64,000 nucleotides of DNA from Leptogorgia sarmentosa (Eukaryota). Below are positions 26,814 through 40,979 of this stretch, one piece after another (position 1 is the first letter of the stretch; every line of letters starts with the position of its first letter). Under the pieces are notes generated by a model, which made no database searches, was not told where the DNA came from, and saw only the letters and a list, made by a program, of their open reading frames with translations. The position numbers and the translations under genes were made by a program. The DNA lies in assembly GCA_964658305.1 (NCBI GenBank), contig OZ210884.1, positions 1,984,001-2,048,000 of the forward strand, read 5' to 3'.

Positions 26814-27275
26814 CTATTTGAATGGCATCAAGTAACCATGATTTCCTTTTATTGTATTGTATGTTGTTTCAACACTGTTTATCTGGACATTGGATTTTGT
26901 ACACTGAATTGAATGTGAGTATTTGGGTCCCCGTTGAGTGAGTAAATCCGTTAGATACGGCCAATTATATCCATAGATCCAATTCAGTCTTAGGTAATAA
27001 TGGTGTTGCAGATAATAGAGTAAAAAACATTTGCTTCAAAAATGCCCAGGCATAAATCGCAAGAGCAAGAATCTTTTGTGGACACTGAACACGTATTATT
27101 GTGGAGAAACTAATGTTGCATTGAACCATACAGCAAACTATATATTCAACTCCATACCGCACACTAAAGTTAAATAAAATATTAAATATTACGACTCACC
27201 CGTACGTGCAGAGAGTTACACAATCAACGACGTCCTTTTGTGGAGCTTCTTTCCAAAAGACAAATTGCTCTTTCA
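26814..27275 (-). pseudogene. Two-exon relic of unknown gene (left copy)
   Basis: Exon 27275-27200 reads KEQFVFWKEAPQKDVVDCVTLCTYG (cag/gtgagt). Putative exon 26988-26814 reads LNWIYGYNWPYL...MPFK*. Confidence 0.35.
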
Positions 27276-28648
27276 CTGCAAATGAACAGCAAATGGAGAA
27301 TTTATAGTCCCTGTTTCTAATTAGCAATATATAATTCACAAGGGAATTCAGTATTTATTAAATCTGTCCAAAATTCACGCATGATTGCGTTCACCTTACA
27401 CTACCTCAATGACTTTCAACGATATTTTGTTCTTTCGGATGAAGTCACTCTTTTGTTGTTAAACGTTGGTTTTTGCAGCTCTGCAAATTTAAACGGAACT
27501 CGTGAGACTATGGTCTAATTTATACGTTGTTCTTATGCCAACCAAGACACCTTAATTATTATCAAATGTTTGAATTGCATTTGACGTGACGATAATTCGA
27601 CATAGCCCGGTCTAATACGTCGAATTTCGGTCGCGTCGAATTCAATTCAAAGAACGGAGAATGACATGACTAACTTCTCCTGTTTGAATTGCGACCAAAT
27701 TCGACGTATGAAACGAGTATAAGAGCGAAGGGCGAAAAACTGAGCCTAACAGCAATACCAAAACGTGAAATTATAGTTACTCTTTCTGTATTGTTTCTCG
27801 AGTCAGAATGGTCCAAATCTCCGCACGTAGTTCGTCATTCAATCTGTCAGTACATCATAAAGACAAAATAATTGAACTTACATGTGAACATCAATGCCGT
27901 GAAATTCCAGAAGTAATTCTCCTTAAACACTAAATGTACAAGGTGCCCCCGCCCCCCCCCCCCCCCTCCCAAAAAAAAACGCAAATGTCCAGAATTCGCA
28001 CGAGTATTCAAAATTGATCTATTGCCATAAGTTCAATAACCGAATACTAAACTGAATGTGGGCTTTACAAGGATTACCCGTTAGAAAACTTCCGTTTTAT
28101 TGTATTGGATCACGTCTGTGCCTACAGAAATTAAGTACAATATACTAGCTACTAAGACAAATATTGATGCAAGTAAAGAAGCGAACAATATAACGGGTGA
28201 GTCAGGAAAAGACTGTCACCTTTCGTATTCATAACTTTCATATTAGCCGCCAGCTAATTGCTGAAATTTTACTATTTCCCTCTGCAAGTTGACCCTGTTG
28301 CCTTGTTGATCAAATGGTTCGAATAATCATGAATAATAAGAGACTCCGAGTGACACAAGAATTTCAAAATGTTTTAGATAAATAACTAATTCACTTATTC
28401 TATACGATTTGTATCGCTCTGAGACTTTTAGCCAATTAATTAGGCGTGCAAGTTAAGCGTAACGAGAGCAAAAATTTCCAACTTGTCGTTAAATATTTCC
28501 ACTATCTCTGAATGTATTGTCACATTATGCTCGCAGGGAAGTATTCCATTTCTCAAGCTAAAAAATGGGCTCTATATGTTTGACGACCTAAACATTTAGA
28601 GTTTATAGTGGGCCAAGGACAACTTTATTGAATTAGCTGTATATATAT

Positions 28649-29158
28649 GTTATTGACTGAGTGTGAGGTCCGTACTGGAGGATACTGCACGGTCGAGTTC
28701 TTTTCTCGCTTGTTTATGGACCGAGCCGAAGGCGAGGTCCATAAACAAGCGAGAAAAGAACGAGACCGTGCAGTATCCTCCAGTACGGATCGAACAAACT
28801 CAGTCAATAAGCTATTTATTATATGGCAAAAGATAAACAAAACTCGTTTACAACAATTCAACACTGAACAAAGCCGGTAAACGGCTAATTAATATAAGAA
28901 CAGCTGAAGAAGTTCGCTAAAAATTGTTCTCTAAAATGTTATTGGCTACCAAAAAAAGAACAAAATGTTGAAACAAAAAAAGAACAGAATGTTCGGACAT
29001 GTTTTTAACTTCTTTCGTCTTCGTTGTCGCTTGATTCAATAAACAACCGACGTCGCTAAACGTGAGCGGTCCGTACTGCAGGTTACCGACCGCTCAGGAA
29101 CCAATCAGGATGCTGTATTTTAGCAGACGGACCGCTCAGAACACTTGCCATATAATAA
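28649..29158 (+). mobile_element. Hairpin-ended element (related architecture)
   Basis: Terminal palindrome 28649-28810 and inverted repeat ttattatatggcaa...ttgccatataataa. Absent from the mirrored arm at about 34290. Confidence 0.8.
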
Positions 29159-31510
29159 ATAATTGTATTGCTTTACACGGTCTGTAAACAGAAATAACAA
29201 AATTTGAATATGCGTAAACCACTGAGCTAAAGAATTAATGAATTTTGAATTTGAATTTGCTAAAGAATTCTTTAGCTCAGTGGCGTAAACCTAACACGAC
29301 GTATTGCGATAAATAGGCCTGGTTCAGACGTCGCTCTTATGTCAAAATTTCATCGTGTTAGGCCTATAGGTCAAACGTCGAACTTTTCATGCGCCGAACC
29401 TAATGCAAATAAACTCAAACAAAGAACTTTGCTCATCAGTTAAAATTAGGTTCGGCACATGAAAAGTCCGACGTTTGACCTAGGCCTTAAATGCAATCCA
29501 AACAATAAATAATGAAATCAGACACCTCATTATCTACTGTTTGAATTGCATTTGACGCTATGTTCAATATTAATCTTTCGACATATTAAAAGCGGCACAC
29601 CTTCATGGATGCTTGCATGGCGCGAATTTCTAACTGTTGAACGTCTCTGTTATGCAATTTATAGTAACTTTCACGACACCATAATATTGAGTTGTACCGT
29701 TAATTTATTCAAAAAGTGAGGGCAACTATGTCTGAAATTTCTGGTAAAAGCAACATTCATGTTCACTTTATTCCAATTTCCGTAATGACGAGTTCACATG
29801 CATGCAGTCTAAGTATAACCACCATGCATTATCGTTTCTTGTTTCGAAAGATTGGAGTTTTGCGGATTCCTGTATCATGATACTATTTGTGTGACAAAAG
29901 AAGTCGGTTGTTACCGTTATTTTGGAACAATTATAAACAATCTCTTACAAAGCAACGGCAATACTAAGTGGCTCTTATGAAATTGGGATCTTATCAAACT
30001 GTGTGTGTCTAGAGGCGGGAATGTACGTGCAGTATATAGGAAGAGATTTTTAATTTCTTAAAAATGTACTGTAGCGGTCGTAAACTACAAAAATGCCATA
30101 CAAGCTAGATAAGTAATGAATATATAAAAGTCACTATCGAAAGTGCTGCCATAGAGCACAAACTTTAAAATCCCGGCTGGGTCATAGGATACCGGTCAAC
30201 TTTTGATACGATGATAGGAAGACAAAATCATCACGTAATGTATCGATCCGAGTTTTTAAAAAGCCTGGGCAAGATACATTTTCGCGCAATCCGATCACAC
30301 GAAGTGAAATGTGATAGGCCGAGTATACATTAAGCACGCGGGTGACAGCCTTCGTGATGCGATCATACCATGTGAAAATTAGTACCGATTAAGTTTACCA
30401 TGTAGCTATATGTCTCGTTCATTAAAAGACTTCTATTCAAAACGCGATTCAACACATTCAACAACTGATTTTAAGCAATTCTGAAATAATTTATAGGCGA
30501 TCTTGAATCGTCATTGTTGCCATAACAACGTAGTGAGTTCACTTTTCTGACCAACTTTAAAATTTCGTCATCAGAACGTTTCAATTTCCTGTTGTCGTAT
30601 TTCAGGTAGCTATTTGTGAATCGCCATGGTGATGTCTCGCTCGAATTTTCCGCATAATCCACTTATCAACACGCCTACTTTATCTTCCTAAATGCGAGAG
30701 ATTGTCTGTAAGTTTCGATATTCAGACGCAGTCTCTATTTGCATGCTAGTTTTGTATGAATTATCAGTACGAATTATGAGTTAAGATATCACGATGAGAA
30801 GAAAACATACAGTTACATCATTAGTAAAAAATAACGTATGCAAGTCAAAAATAATTCATAATTATATTATTAGCATGGAACACCCCTTCATCAAATATGC
30901 AGCAAATGCTGAGCACTAATAACAAACGCATCACGAGAGAAGGCTACTTAATGTCAAACAAATTAGGATGAGGCGAAAGAGAAAACAAATTCATAAACTT
31001 TAAATGCAATTGGGGGGAGGGGGGGGGGGGGGGGGGGGGTAGTGATCAGCAAAGGGCCCGACCAATGTTTGCGCTAAGGGCCCCGCGTGATCTTGATCCG
31101 CCCCTGGCTATTGCTTTTTTTGATGATATCCTGATTTCTTCCATAATACAATAGGCAAGAAGAAACTGTGTAAATTGTTTGTTTTATCATTTTTTGCTTG
31201 TTTGGCGTTATATACCTTATGCCTTTTTGCATCCGTAAATCGGGAGTGTTCAATGTTACTGTAAGTGACCGATGTCATGATTCTGCCCACTGGTAAATAC
31301 ATGTATAGCTATATAACAGTAAAGCCAACTACGGCAGCATGAAAGTAAATATTTTAGCCTTTTAATCTTTCATTGAGGGTGTGTGGTACTTAACCGGACC
31401 TCTTCAAGATAGCTTGACTGCAGGATTGTTGTATTCCCCCACTATACTTAACCTGATTTGAAATACAGATTAACTCGAGCATTAAATCTACCTGCATGCA
31501 TGGGTCATCA

Positions 31511-31720
31511 TATAATAATATAATAATATAATAATATAATAATATAATAATATAATAATATAATAATATAATAATATAATAATATAATAATATAATAATA
31601 TAATAATATAATAATATAATAATATAATAATATAATAATATAATAATATAATAATATAATAATATAATAATATAATAATATAATAATATAATAATATAAT
31701 AATATAATAATATAATAATA
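31511..31720. repeat. (TATAATAA)n pure-AT microsatellite, about 26 units
   Basis: Perfect 8-bp periodicity read directly. Confidence 0.97.
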
Positions 31721-32938
31721 TCTCTTCCTCGCGGATGAAAATTTACATTAACCCTCTCAAATTCAAATTACCTGCAGGGCATTGTGGTATTTTGACATGG
31801 CATGCAAATTGCTTAAAATTAATGTTGAGCTTGAACACAAGGTCATTGACATAGGACAAAACCTAAATGCAAAGTATAACTAATAATATGAAATTTAAAC
31901 AAGTGTCAAAAAATTAATATGGATGTTGTATCTTTTTCAGGGCAATTATTACATGAAGAGCAAATTGTTGTAAATCCGTTTGCATTCAAGGTATTATTAA
32001 TTTCGTCCTGACGCCAGTGTGTAGAAGAACTTGGGAATGGTATTTTAATTTACGCACATCAATTTGACGAGGGATTAACCATGACAAAATACTACAATAC
32101 AACTTTGAAAGAGTTTATACACCCTGTATACTATACACAACGTCGACATAATTATTATTAAACCTGGTGACTTTTTTATAACCCAAGTTTTGAAGTGATT
32201 CGCTACGGTTATAATGCATCAACGATCAAGATCTTGAAGTGATGACGAAATTTCAAAGTTGGCCAGAAAAGTGAAGTCACCACGTTGTTATGGCAACAAT
32301 GACGATTCAAGTGTACTATAAATTACTTTAAATTTGCTTAAAATGAGCTCAGATGAGAAGTTTCATTACGACCTTCCTAGAATGAATTCGTTTGTGAATA
32401 ACTTTGCATATGGAACGAGACATTTGGAATACAAATGATAAACTTTATTGAAAACATTTCGCTATAATCGGCCTATAGCAGCTCGTCCAACAACACGAAT
32501 CAATAAGGATTACAATTTCAACCCAGTCCCTTAATGGGAGATTAGGCATGTTAACAGAGGAATTATCGCAAACTTCATCGACAATAGCTCAAGTGACGAC
32601 ACCTGTTTATTATTATATTCGATCACGTCCACCTCCAAGAGGTTTCGCTTGTCACTCCCACGTTAGGCGTGGGTGTATAGAGAATGTGCATGTGATATAG
32701 ATGATGTTCAGCAGGCTTCTATAGGTCAGTAATAACAACAAATTATGCATCGTCAGATCCGACTTCTACTCTCGCAACACATATCATCGTGAGATAGATT
32801 CGAAAACTCAGATGCTTTCAAGACAAGAAACAGTAATATTAGTAATAGAATTAGTATTACAAACAAGTAATATTGCTATCCAACTATATATTGGTAAACC
32901 TAATAGACGTTTAGGGTTAGTGTTTACTTCACCTTCAC

Positions 32939-33123
32939 CAGGGCCGTCGCTAGAACGTTAATTGGGGGGGGGGGGGTGCATATTCATATTTTGGCGTTCT
33001 GCCGACTGATTTCTTTTGAAATCAGTTGTTCATGAATTAATTTCTAAAGAAAGCAGTCGGCAGAACGCCAAAATATGCATATGCACCCCCCCCCCCCCAA
33101 TTAACGTTCTAGCGACGGCCCTG
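32939..33123. mobile_element. hAT-type MITE, independent insertion of the same family
   Basis: Same TIRs; 8-bp target duplication ACCTTCAC. Confidence 0.9.
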
Positions 33124-35111
33124 ACCTTCACCGTAACTATAGCGTGCTGTTTGTTTTTAAAGAGCGGAACATAAACACAATATGTGTGTTGAATTGCGTT
33201 TTGAATTATAGTCTTTTAAAGAACGAGACATAAACGTGGTAAACTTAATCGGTACTAATTATCACATCGTATGATCGTAGGACCAAGGCTGTCATGCGCG
33301 TGCTTTCTGAATACAGGGGGATATCACATTTCACTTCGTGTCATCGGATTGCGCAAAAATGTATCTTGCCCAAGCTTTTTAAAAACTCGGAAACATTACG
33401 TGATGACTTTGTCTTCGTATCATCGTATCATCGTATCAAAAGTTGGCGGGTATTCTATAACCCAGCCGGGAATTTAAAGTTTGTGCGCTACGGCAGCAAT
33501 TTCTATAGTAACTTCTATTATATTCATTACTTATCTAGCTTGTATGGCCTTTTTGTTTTTTGCGACCGCTACAGTACATTCTAAAGAAATTAAGAATCTC
33601 TTCCTTCATACTGCACGTATACATTCCCGCCTCTTGACACACACAGTTTGATAAGATCCCAGTTTCACAAGAGCCACTTAGTATTGCCGTTGATTTGTAA
33701 GAGATTGTTATCAGTGCTCCAAAACAACGGTAACGTTCAACCGACTTCTTTTGTCACACAAACATTATCATGATACAGAATTCCGCAAAACACCAATCTT
33801 TCGAAACAAGAAACGATAATGCATGGTGGTTATACTTAGACTGCATTATGCATGCATGTGAACTCGTCATTATGGAAATTGGAATAAAGTGAACATGAAT
33901 GTTGCTTTTACCAGAAATTTCAGATATACGTGCCCTCAATTTTTGAATAAATTAACGATAGAACTCAATATTATAGTGCCGTGAAAGTTACTATAAATTG
34001 CAGAGACGTTCAAAAGTTAGAAATTCGCGCCATACAAGCATCCATGAAGGTATGCCGCTTTTTACTATGTCGAAAGATTAATATTGGACGTCGCGTCAAA
34101 TGCAATTCAAATAGAAGATAATGAGGTGTCGGATTTCATTATTTATAGTTTGCATTACATTTAAAACGATGAAATTTTGACATAACAACGGCTTATTCAT
34201 CGCAATAGGCTTAGCTACGTCGTGTTTGGTTCACGCATATATATTCCAATTTTGTTATGTCTGTTTGCAGACCGTGTAAAGCAATACAATTATATACAGC
34301 TATTTCAATAAAGTTGTCTTTTGCGAACTATAAACTCTAAACGTTTAGATCGTCAAACATAGAGCACATTTTTTAGCTTGAGAAATGGAATACTTCCCTG
34401 CGAGCATAATGGTGACAATACATTCAGAGATAGTGGAAATATTTAACGATGCCACCCGAAAAGTACACCATATAAAAGTCAGTACATTGTTTTTGCAGTG
34501 ACGTTACAGTCTGTCATGCGATACCACCCGATTAGCACATTTGACGTCGGCTGCCAGCCGGAAAAATGTCGCCGATTGCTCGGCTGCCAGCCGGGCTGTA
34601 CTACAGTATACTGTTCGCCGCGCATTTTGGGGACTGGATCTAGGATGATTTTGAATCGAAAAACAGCCAAAATTACGTTAAATTTAGCCAGTTTCATTGC
34701 AATACATCCTGATTCATATTTACGATGTTAATAGCCTACTATATAGCGACTCAATCAACGAGAAAAAAAATAAATTTAGCAAAGAGAAAGCGATGAACGC
34801 AACCACGGGAGTCGGTCGTATAGTGTAACGCGTCATTTGCGTAATTCGCGAAATCAGACACTTACTGCGTCACTTACCTTATTCCACCCGCACGCCGCCG
34901 CACCTCTTCACGCATTTTATGCAAATTATTGTTATATAAAGAACTCCGAAAAGGCAATTTTATTAACAATTTGTCATGATGTACTAATATATTTCTCCAC
35001 AAAAATCTAATTCTCAGATAATAAATCTACTGATGCTCTGAAATAATCAAAACTATTTAACGCATAAAGACACGTGTACAGTCAACTATAGTTTACTATA
35101 ATACCACATAC

Positions 35112-35640
35112 CTACAAGCCGAAATTTATCTATTATTCTTCAACCTACTATAATACGGCTACCAGCCGCAGATTGTGTAGTATACTGTAGTATACTGTAA
35201 TATCTTACGGCTACCAGCCGAAATGATATCTATTATTCTTCAATTTACTATATAGTACGGCTACCAGCCGCAGATTGTGTAGTATACTGTAGTATACTAT
35301 AATATCTTACGGCTACCAGCCGAAATTATATCTATTATTCTTCAATTTACTATATAGTACGGCTACCAGCCGCAGATTGTGTAGTATACTGTAGTATACT
35401 ATAATATCTTACGGCTACCAGCCGAAATTATATCTATTATTCTTCAATTTACTATAGTACGGCTACCAGCCGCAGATTGTGTAGTATACTGTAGTATACT
35501 ATAATATCTTACGGCTACCAGCCGAAATTATATCTATTATTCTTCAATTTACTATATAGTACGGCTACCAGCCGCAGATTGTGTAGTATACTGTAGTATA
35601 CTATAATATCTTACGGCTACCAGCCGAAATTATATCTAAT
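35112..35640 (+). repeat. 100-102-bp satellite, about 5 units (left arm)
   Basis: Each unit is two roughly 50-bp halves, each containing CGGCTACCAGCCG. Confidence 0.95.
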
Positions 35641-35644
35641 ATTA

Positions 35645-36075
35645 TACCTCAATTTCAAATTGTCCAATGAGAAAGCCCAGTTTGCGACACGTGAGCATGA
35701 AATTAAACACGATATTAAGCCTTACGTCATCATTTTGCGAGCCTGCGTTCCTTTTGACAATATTCCACCCCATATTCACCGGGAAATATGGGGTGGAATA
35801 TTATTCGTGTCAACCACGCGAGACAACACGCACGATTCCAGCAATATGGCGGGAAAATTTCATGTTGTTTAAGTCAAAATAAATAGCTATCTTGAAAACA
35901 AAGATGCAAAAATGTTTTGTTCGGTATAATATATCATTTATAGACCCTCCGCTCTGGGGATTCTGCGATATTTCCCTCAGTGATGATATTTTCCTCGGGG
36001 CAGAGCCCCTCGGAAAATATCATCACTTCGGGAAATATTACGCCGAATCCCCCTCGCTCCGGGTCTATAAATGAT
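35645..36075. mobile_element. Hairpin-ended element nested in the left arm of the foldback element
   Basis: Palindrome atcatttatagaccc...gggtctataaatgat (about 35933-36075). The block is missing from the mirrored right arm. Confidence 0.7.
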
Positions 36076-36624
36076 AATTATTCTTCAGTCAATCTGCTCA
36101 ACCATGCATGTTTATAGAGTTTGTGCATATCATATACTGTCGCGTATAGCAAATTAGCTACTAGCCTCAATTAATATCATACGGCTTCTGGCCGGCGATT
36201 TCTATATAATTAGGTATTTTGTTGCTTTGCTATTTTTTAGCATGCTATATAGTATTCTGTATGTATGCATGAAGGGCAATGAAATATATGAGAGGTGAAA
36301 GAGGGAATGCTCATTGTTATACGGTCTACCAACTATATTGAACACCTGGTATGCGTGATAAGAACATGTTAGCCTGGCGGCTATATTACATTAGTTGAAA
36401 AGTTAGAGTGATAAGTAGCATGATGATAGGTACATAATTGGGGTGTATACCGATAAAGAACCTGTCAACTTTATCCGAATGCATGCTTTCCAAACAAAGA
36501 GATTCAGAGGTAACGATTGGGAAGGTTATCAGCAAAAGCAAGAAGCATTCCGTCTGCGTGGCAGTTTTACAGCGTTTCTCTTCAGAGTGGTTGACCAGCT
36601 ATAGTTCGTAGAACAAACGAAAGT

Positions 36625-37723
36625 ATGACTTCTGTTAAACGTAGGAAGATTACATCTCTTCCTCTGAAGGTTAAGCGACAAATACCTGGACAGAAATCCC
36701 AAATAGTTAAATGTGAATTGATGGCTGCCACATTTGATTCAACAGAAAATCACGAGTTTGACCATTGTGAGACTAAAACTGGGGAAGCTATCATGATTAA
36801 TGAAGAGTTACAACTGGCCGATGAACTTCTTGAACAGGAGGATGTGACAGAAGGATCCGAATACAGCAAACGACAAGTTAGAAATTTTACCACTTGGTCT
36901 GATATGCTGAAAAAGTCCTTGACAATTTCTTGCGAAATTTAGGGGCACTTCATGTCGTGTTTAATTTGTTGCAATTGCAACACAAACATGGGTGAAATCA
37001 GGTGTTTAGACTGTTCAATAGAGTCTACTTATTGCAAGGGTTGTGCCATAAGTATGCATAAACATTGGAGTTGTTGGGCGCACTCGATTGAAATAAGGAA
37101 AGTATGTATTCAGTGCGGCTTCATGACATGTGCATATGCATGTAATTTTACTATGTTGAATTATGTCGTCAATACCTGACTTATTGAAACTGATACAATA
37201 TATAATTAATGCTTGTGACAAATGAGTTAGTTTCTATTACAGAATGGTACTTTTGTACCTTGGAAGGAGAACGTACCACATTTTTCCAACAATCACCATA
37301 GCGAATGTTCATCTGCTAAGTGTAGAGAACTTGTTTGTGTGGATTGCAAAGGTAATGAATGAATGAATGAAAAGGTGGTATATATTTTTTCAATATCAAT
37401 ATGCCCGGATTACATATCCTTAATGCCTGGATTACAAATCTTTAATATATATAATGATATACATTATATTATATTGTCATCTTCATCTTGGAAAATATAT
37501 AGGGATACAACATACGGTCAGTGTCACATTTTGCCAGTGTGAAGAGGATTTCATAACACTTCTACGATTTGGTCTTTGGGCTGCAACTCCGCAACGTCCT
37601 GAGTTAGCATTCCATTTACAATTTATTCGCTCATTGATGCACCTGCAATTAGAGACACACGTTTCAGTAAAAGGCTTTTGTGCAGCTTATTCATTTTTCA
37701 ACAAGGAAAATTTTTTGGATACG
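36625..37723 (+). pseudogene. Spliced remnant with zinc finger and CxC (CxC3-like) domain typical of KDZ transposases
   Basis: Exons 36625-37101 (one in-frame TAG at 36940; CCNC..RCLDC..YCKGC..MHKHW..HSIE), 37243-37351, and 37503-37723 (FCQCEEDFITLLRFGLWAATPQRPELAFHLQF..LETHVSVKGFCAAY). No catalytic domain follows. Confidence 0.7.
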
Positions 37724-38304
37724 GTAAGGATATAGCTAACATGATTATTTCATGTAGATTTTTTTCCAGAAGATATTTTTTATCATGCAATCATAAACGA
37801 ACATGTTGCTCTTGCAACTTTGCTATACCCTATAGGTGTCTAATATGTGGCTTTGATCTTTGTAATAACAACGTATGCAAAGTTATTTATAAAATATCTG
37901 CTGAATGAAAAATACACAAACTCGCTATAAAGATTGTGTCCGTTTGTTACACTATGTGCATATTATCTGTGCTCTGAATCTCTTTATTTGCAAAGCATGC
38001 ATTCGGATAAAGTTGACAGGTTCTTTATCGGTATACACCCCAATTATGTACCTGTCATCACGCTACTTATCACTCTAACTTTTCAACTAATGTAATATAG
38101 CCGCCAGGCTGACCTTGTTCTTATCACGCATACGAGATGTTCAATATAGTTGGTAGACCGTATAACAATGAACATTCCCTCTTTCACCTCTCATATATTT
38201 CATTGCCCTTCATGCATACATACAGAATACTATATAGCATGCTAAAAAATGATATACACAAACTCTATAAACATGGTAGAGTAGATTGACTGAAGAATAA
38301 TAGA

Positions 38305-39385
38305 TATGGCTAATTTCGGCTGGTAGCCGTACTATAGTAAATTGAAGAATAATAGATATCATTTCGGCTGGTAGCCGTAAGATATTATAGTATACTACAG
38401 TATACTACACAATCTGCGGCTGGTAGCCGTACTATAGTAAATTGAAGAATAATAGATATAATTTCGGCTGGTAGCCGTAAGATATTATAGTATACTACAG
38501 TATACTACACAATCTGCGGCTGGTAACCGTACTAATGTAAATTGAAGAATAATAGATATCATTTCGGCTGGTAGCCGTAAGATATTATAGTATACTACAG
38601 TATACTACACAATCTGCGTCTGGTAACCGTACTAATGTAAATTGAAGAATAATAGATATCATTTCGGCTGGTAGCCGTAAGATATTATAGTATACTACAG
38701 TATACTACACAATCTGCGGCTGGTAGCCGTACTATATAGTAAATTGAAGAATAATAGATATCATTTCGGCTGGTAGCCGTAAGATATTATAGTATACTAC
38801 AGTATACTACACAATCTGCGGCTGGTAGCCGTACTATATAGTAAATTGAAGAATAATAGATATCATTTCGGCTGGTAGCCATAAGATATTATAGCATACT
38901 ACAGTATACTACACAATCTGCGGCTGGTACCCGTACTATATAGTAAATTGAAGAATAATAGATATAATTTCGGCTGGTAGCCGTAAGATATTATAGTATA
39001 CTACAGTATACTACACAATCTGCGGCTGGTAGCCGTACTATATAGTAAATTGAAGAATAATAGATATAATTTCGGCTGGTAGCCGTAAGATATTATAGTA
39101 TACTACAGTATACTACACAATCTGCGGCTGGTAGCCGTCCTATATAGTAAATTGAAGAATAATAGATATAATTTCGGCTGGTAGCCGTAAGATATTATAG
39201 TATACTACAGTATACTACACAATCTGCGGCTGGTAGCCGTACTATATAGTAAATTGAAGAATAATAGATATCATTTCGGCTGGTAGCCGTAAGATATTAC
39301 AGTATACTACAGTATACTACACAATCTGCGGCTGGTAGCCGTATTATAGTAGGTTGAAGAATAATAGATAAATTTCGGCTTGTAG
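38305..39385 (-). repeat. 100-102-bp satellite, about 10 units (right arm)
   Basis: Reverse complement of the 35112-35640 unit. Confidence 0.95.
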
Positions 39386-40979
39386 GTATGTGGTATTATA
39401 GTAAACTATAGTTGACTGTACACGTGTCTTTATGCGTTAAATAGTTTTGATTATTTCAGAGCATCAGTAGATTTATTATCTGAGAATTAGATTTTTGTGG
39501 AGAAATATATTAGTACATCATGACAAATTGTTAATAAAATTGCCTTTTCGGAGTTCTTTATATAACAATAATTTGCATAAAATGCGTGAAGAGGTGCGGC
39601 GGCGTGCGGGTGGAATAAGGTAAGTGACGCAGTAAGTGTCTGATTTCGCGAATTACGCAAATGACGCATTACACTATACGACCGACTCCCGTGGTTGCGT
39701 TCATCGCTTTCTCTTTGCTAAATTTATTTTTTTTCTCGTTGATTGAGTCGCTATATAGTAGGCTATTAACATCGTAAATATGAATCAGGATGTATTGCAA
39801 TGAAACTGGCTAAATTTAACGTAATTTTGGCTGTTTTTCGATTCAAAATCATCCTAGATCCAGTCCCCAAAATGCGCGGCGAACAGTATACTGTAGTACA
39901 GCCCGGCTGGCAGCCGAGCAATCGGCGACATTTTTCCGGCTGGCAGCCGACGTCAAACGTGCTAATCGGGTGGCGATACACAGCCTTTGTTTATAAAATA
40001 CACTTTGTCGTTTTGATTATTTCGTTCAATGAACATTTTTTCATCGAGGACAAGCATTTTAAAGATTTACAATCGATGTAAACTGCTCTAAATCCCATAC
40101 AATTTTGATATTCCCATCTGAGAAAGACTGCCAAACTGACGTGTGGTCCGCAGTCGTTTACGTTTTTGAGACATGCACAGATTATTCACGTCTGTAACTT
40201 GTCTTTAAAGTGAGTAATTTATTACCATAAAGCTGATTCAAAAAAATTAATGTTGTTCTTCTAAAAACCTTACGCTTGACCGATGAACTACGAGCGTGCA
40301 AGGGATGCTGGTTGTCGCGTTTGCAGTATATGTTTTGGCATTAGACAGTTTCACGTTCAAACGTCATATGACAAACGCCAGGCAAAGAATAATTCTACAC
40401 TGTAAAACAGTAAAGTGTAAATAATTTGTTGTTTTTATAACTGCAATGTTTAATTATTCTTTTGATATGCGAAAGAAATTTAAAAGGATTTGATTTAAGT
40501 GAAAATTCTGCAGCCAGAATTCGGGCCTGATGTTTGCCGTTGACGGGACTCCCTATTGTCAAAATGTAATATACCCCTGGTTTGTGACTCTAGAACGAAA
40601 ATCGTGCATAATCTTGCACGAATATGGTTTAAGATTTGGCCGTGGTAAAGGGGATGCCCGACATATAATATTGGTTATTCTTAAGAAATTAAAAAACTCT
40701 TATATCTACTATGTTCGTGCAGTACATACCCGCCTTTAGACGCGCACAGTTTGATAAGATCGCAAATTCATAAGAGGCACTTAGAATTGCCGTTGATTTC
40801 TAAGCGATTGTTTATAAGTGCTTCAAAACAACGGTTACAACCGACTTCTTTTGTCGCAAAAATATTATCAATTAATTATTCTTTTGATTATGCGAAAGAA
40901 ATTTAAAAGGAATTGATCAAAATAAAATTCTGCCAACAGAATTAGGACCTGATGTTTGCCGGCGTCGACGCGAGAATTA

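Larger units (their letters stand above)
34451..39974. mobile_element. Foldback-type element with long inverted arms carrying a KDZ (Kyakuja-Dileera-Zisupton)-type gene remnant
   Basis: 34523-35640 mirrors 38300-39974, and 36075-36495 mirrors 37990-38300. Ends are gccacccga / tcgggtggc. Homology between the host arms stops abruptly at 34449. Confidence 0.8.

Noticed and set aside
34441..34460. Possible GAT target duplication for the foldback element
   Set aside because: Too short to be meaningful, the left end is ambiguous (34451 versus 34523), and no clean empty site is available.
38305..39385. Repeat-spacer pattern resembling a CRISPR array
   Set aside because: Only two alternating spacers; it is a dimeric satellite within transposon arms.
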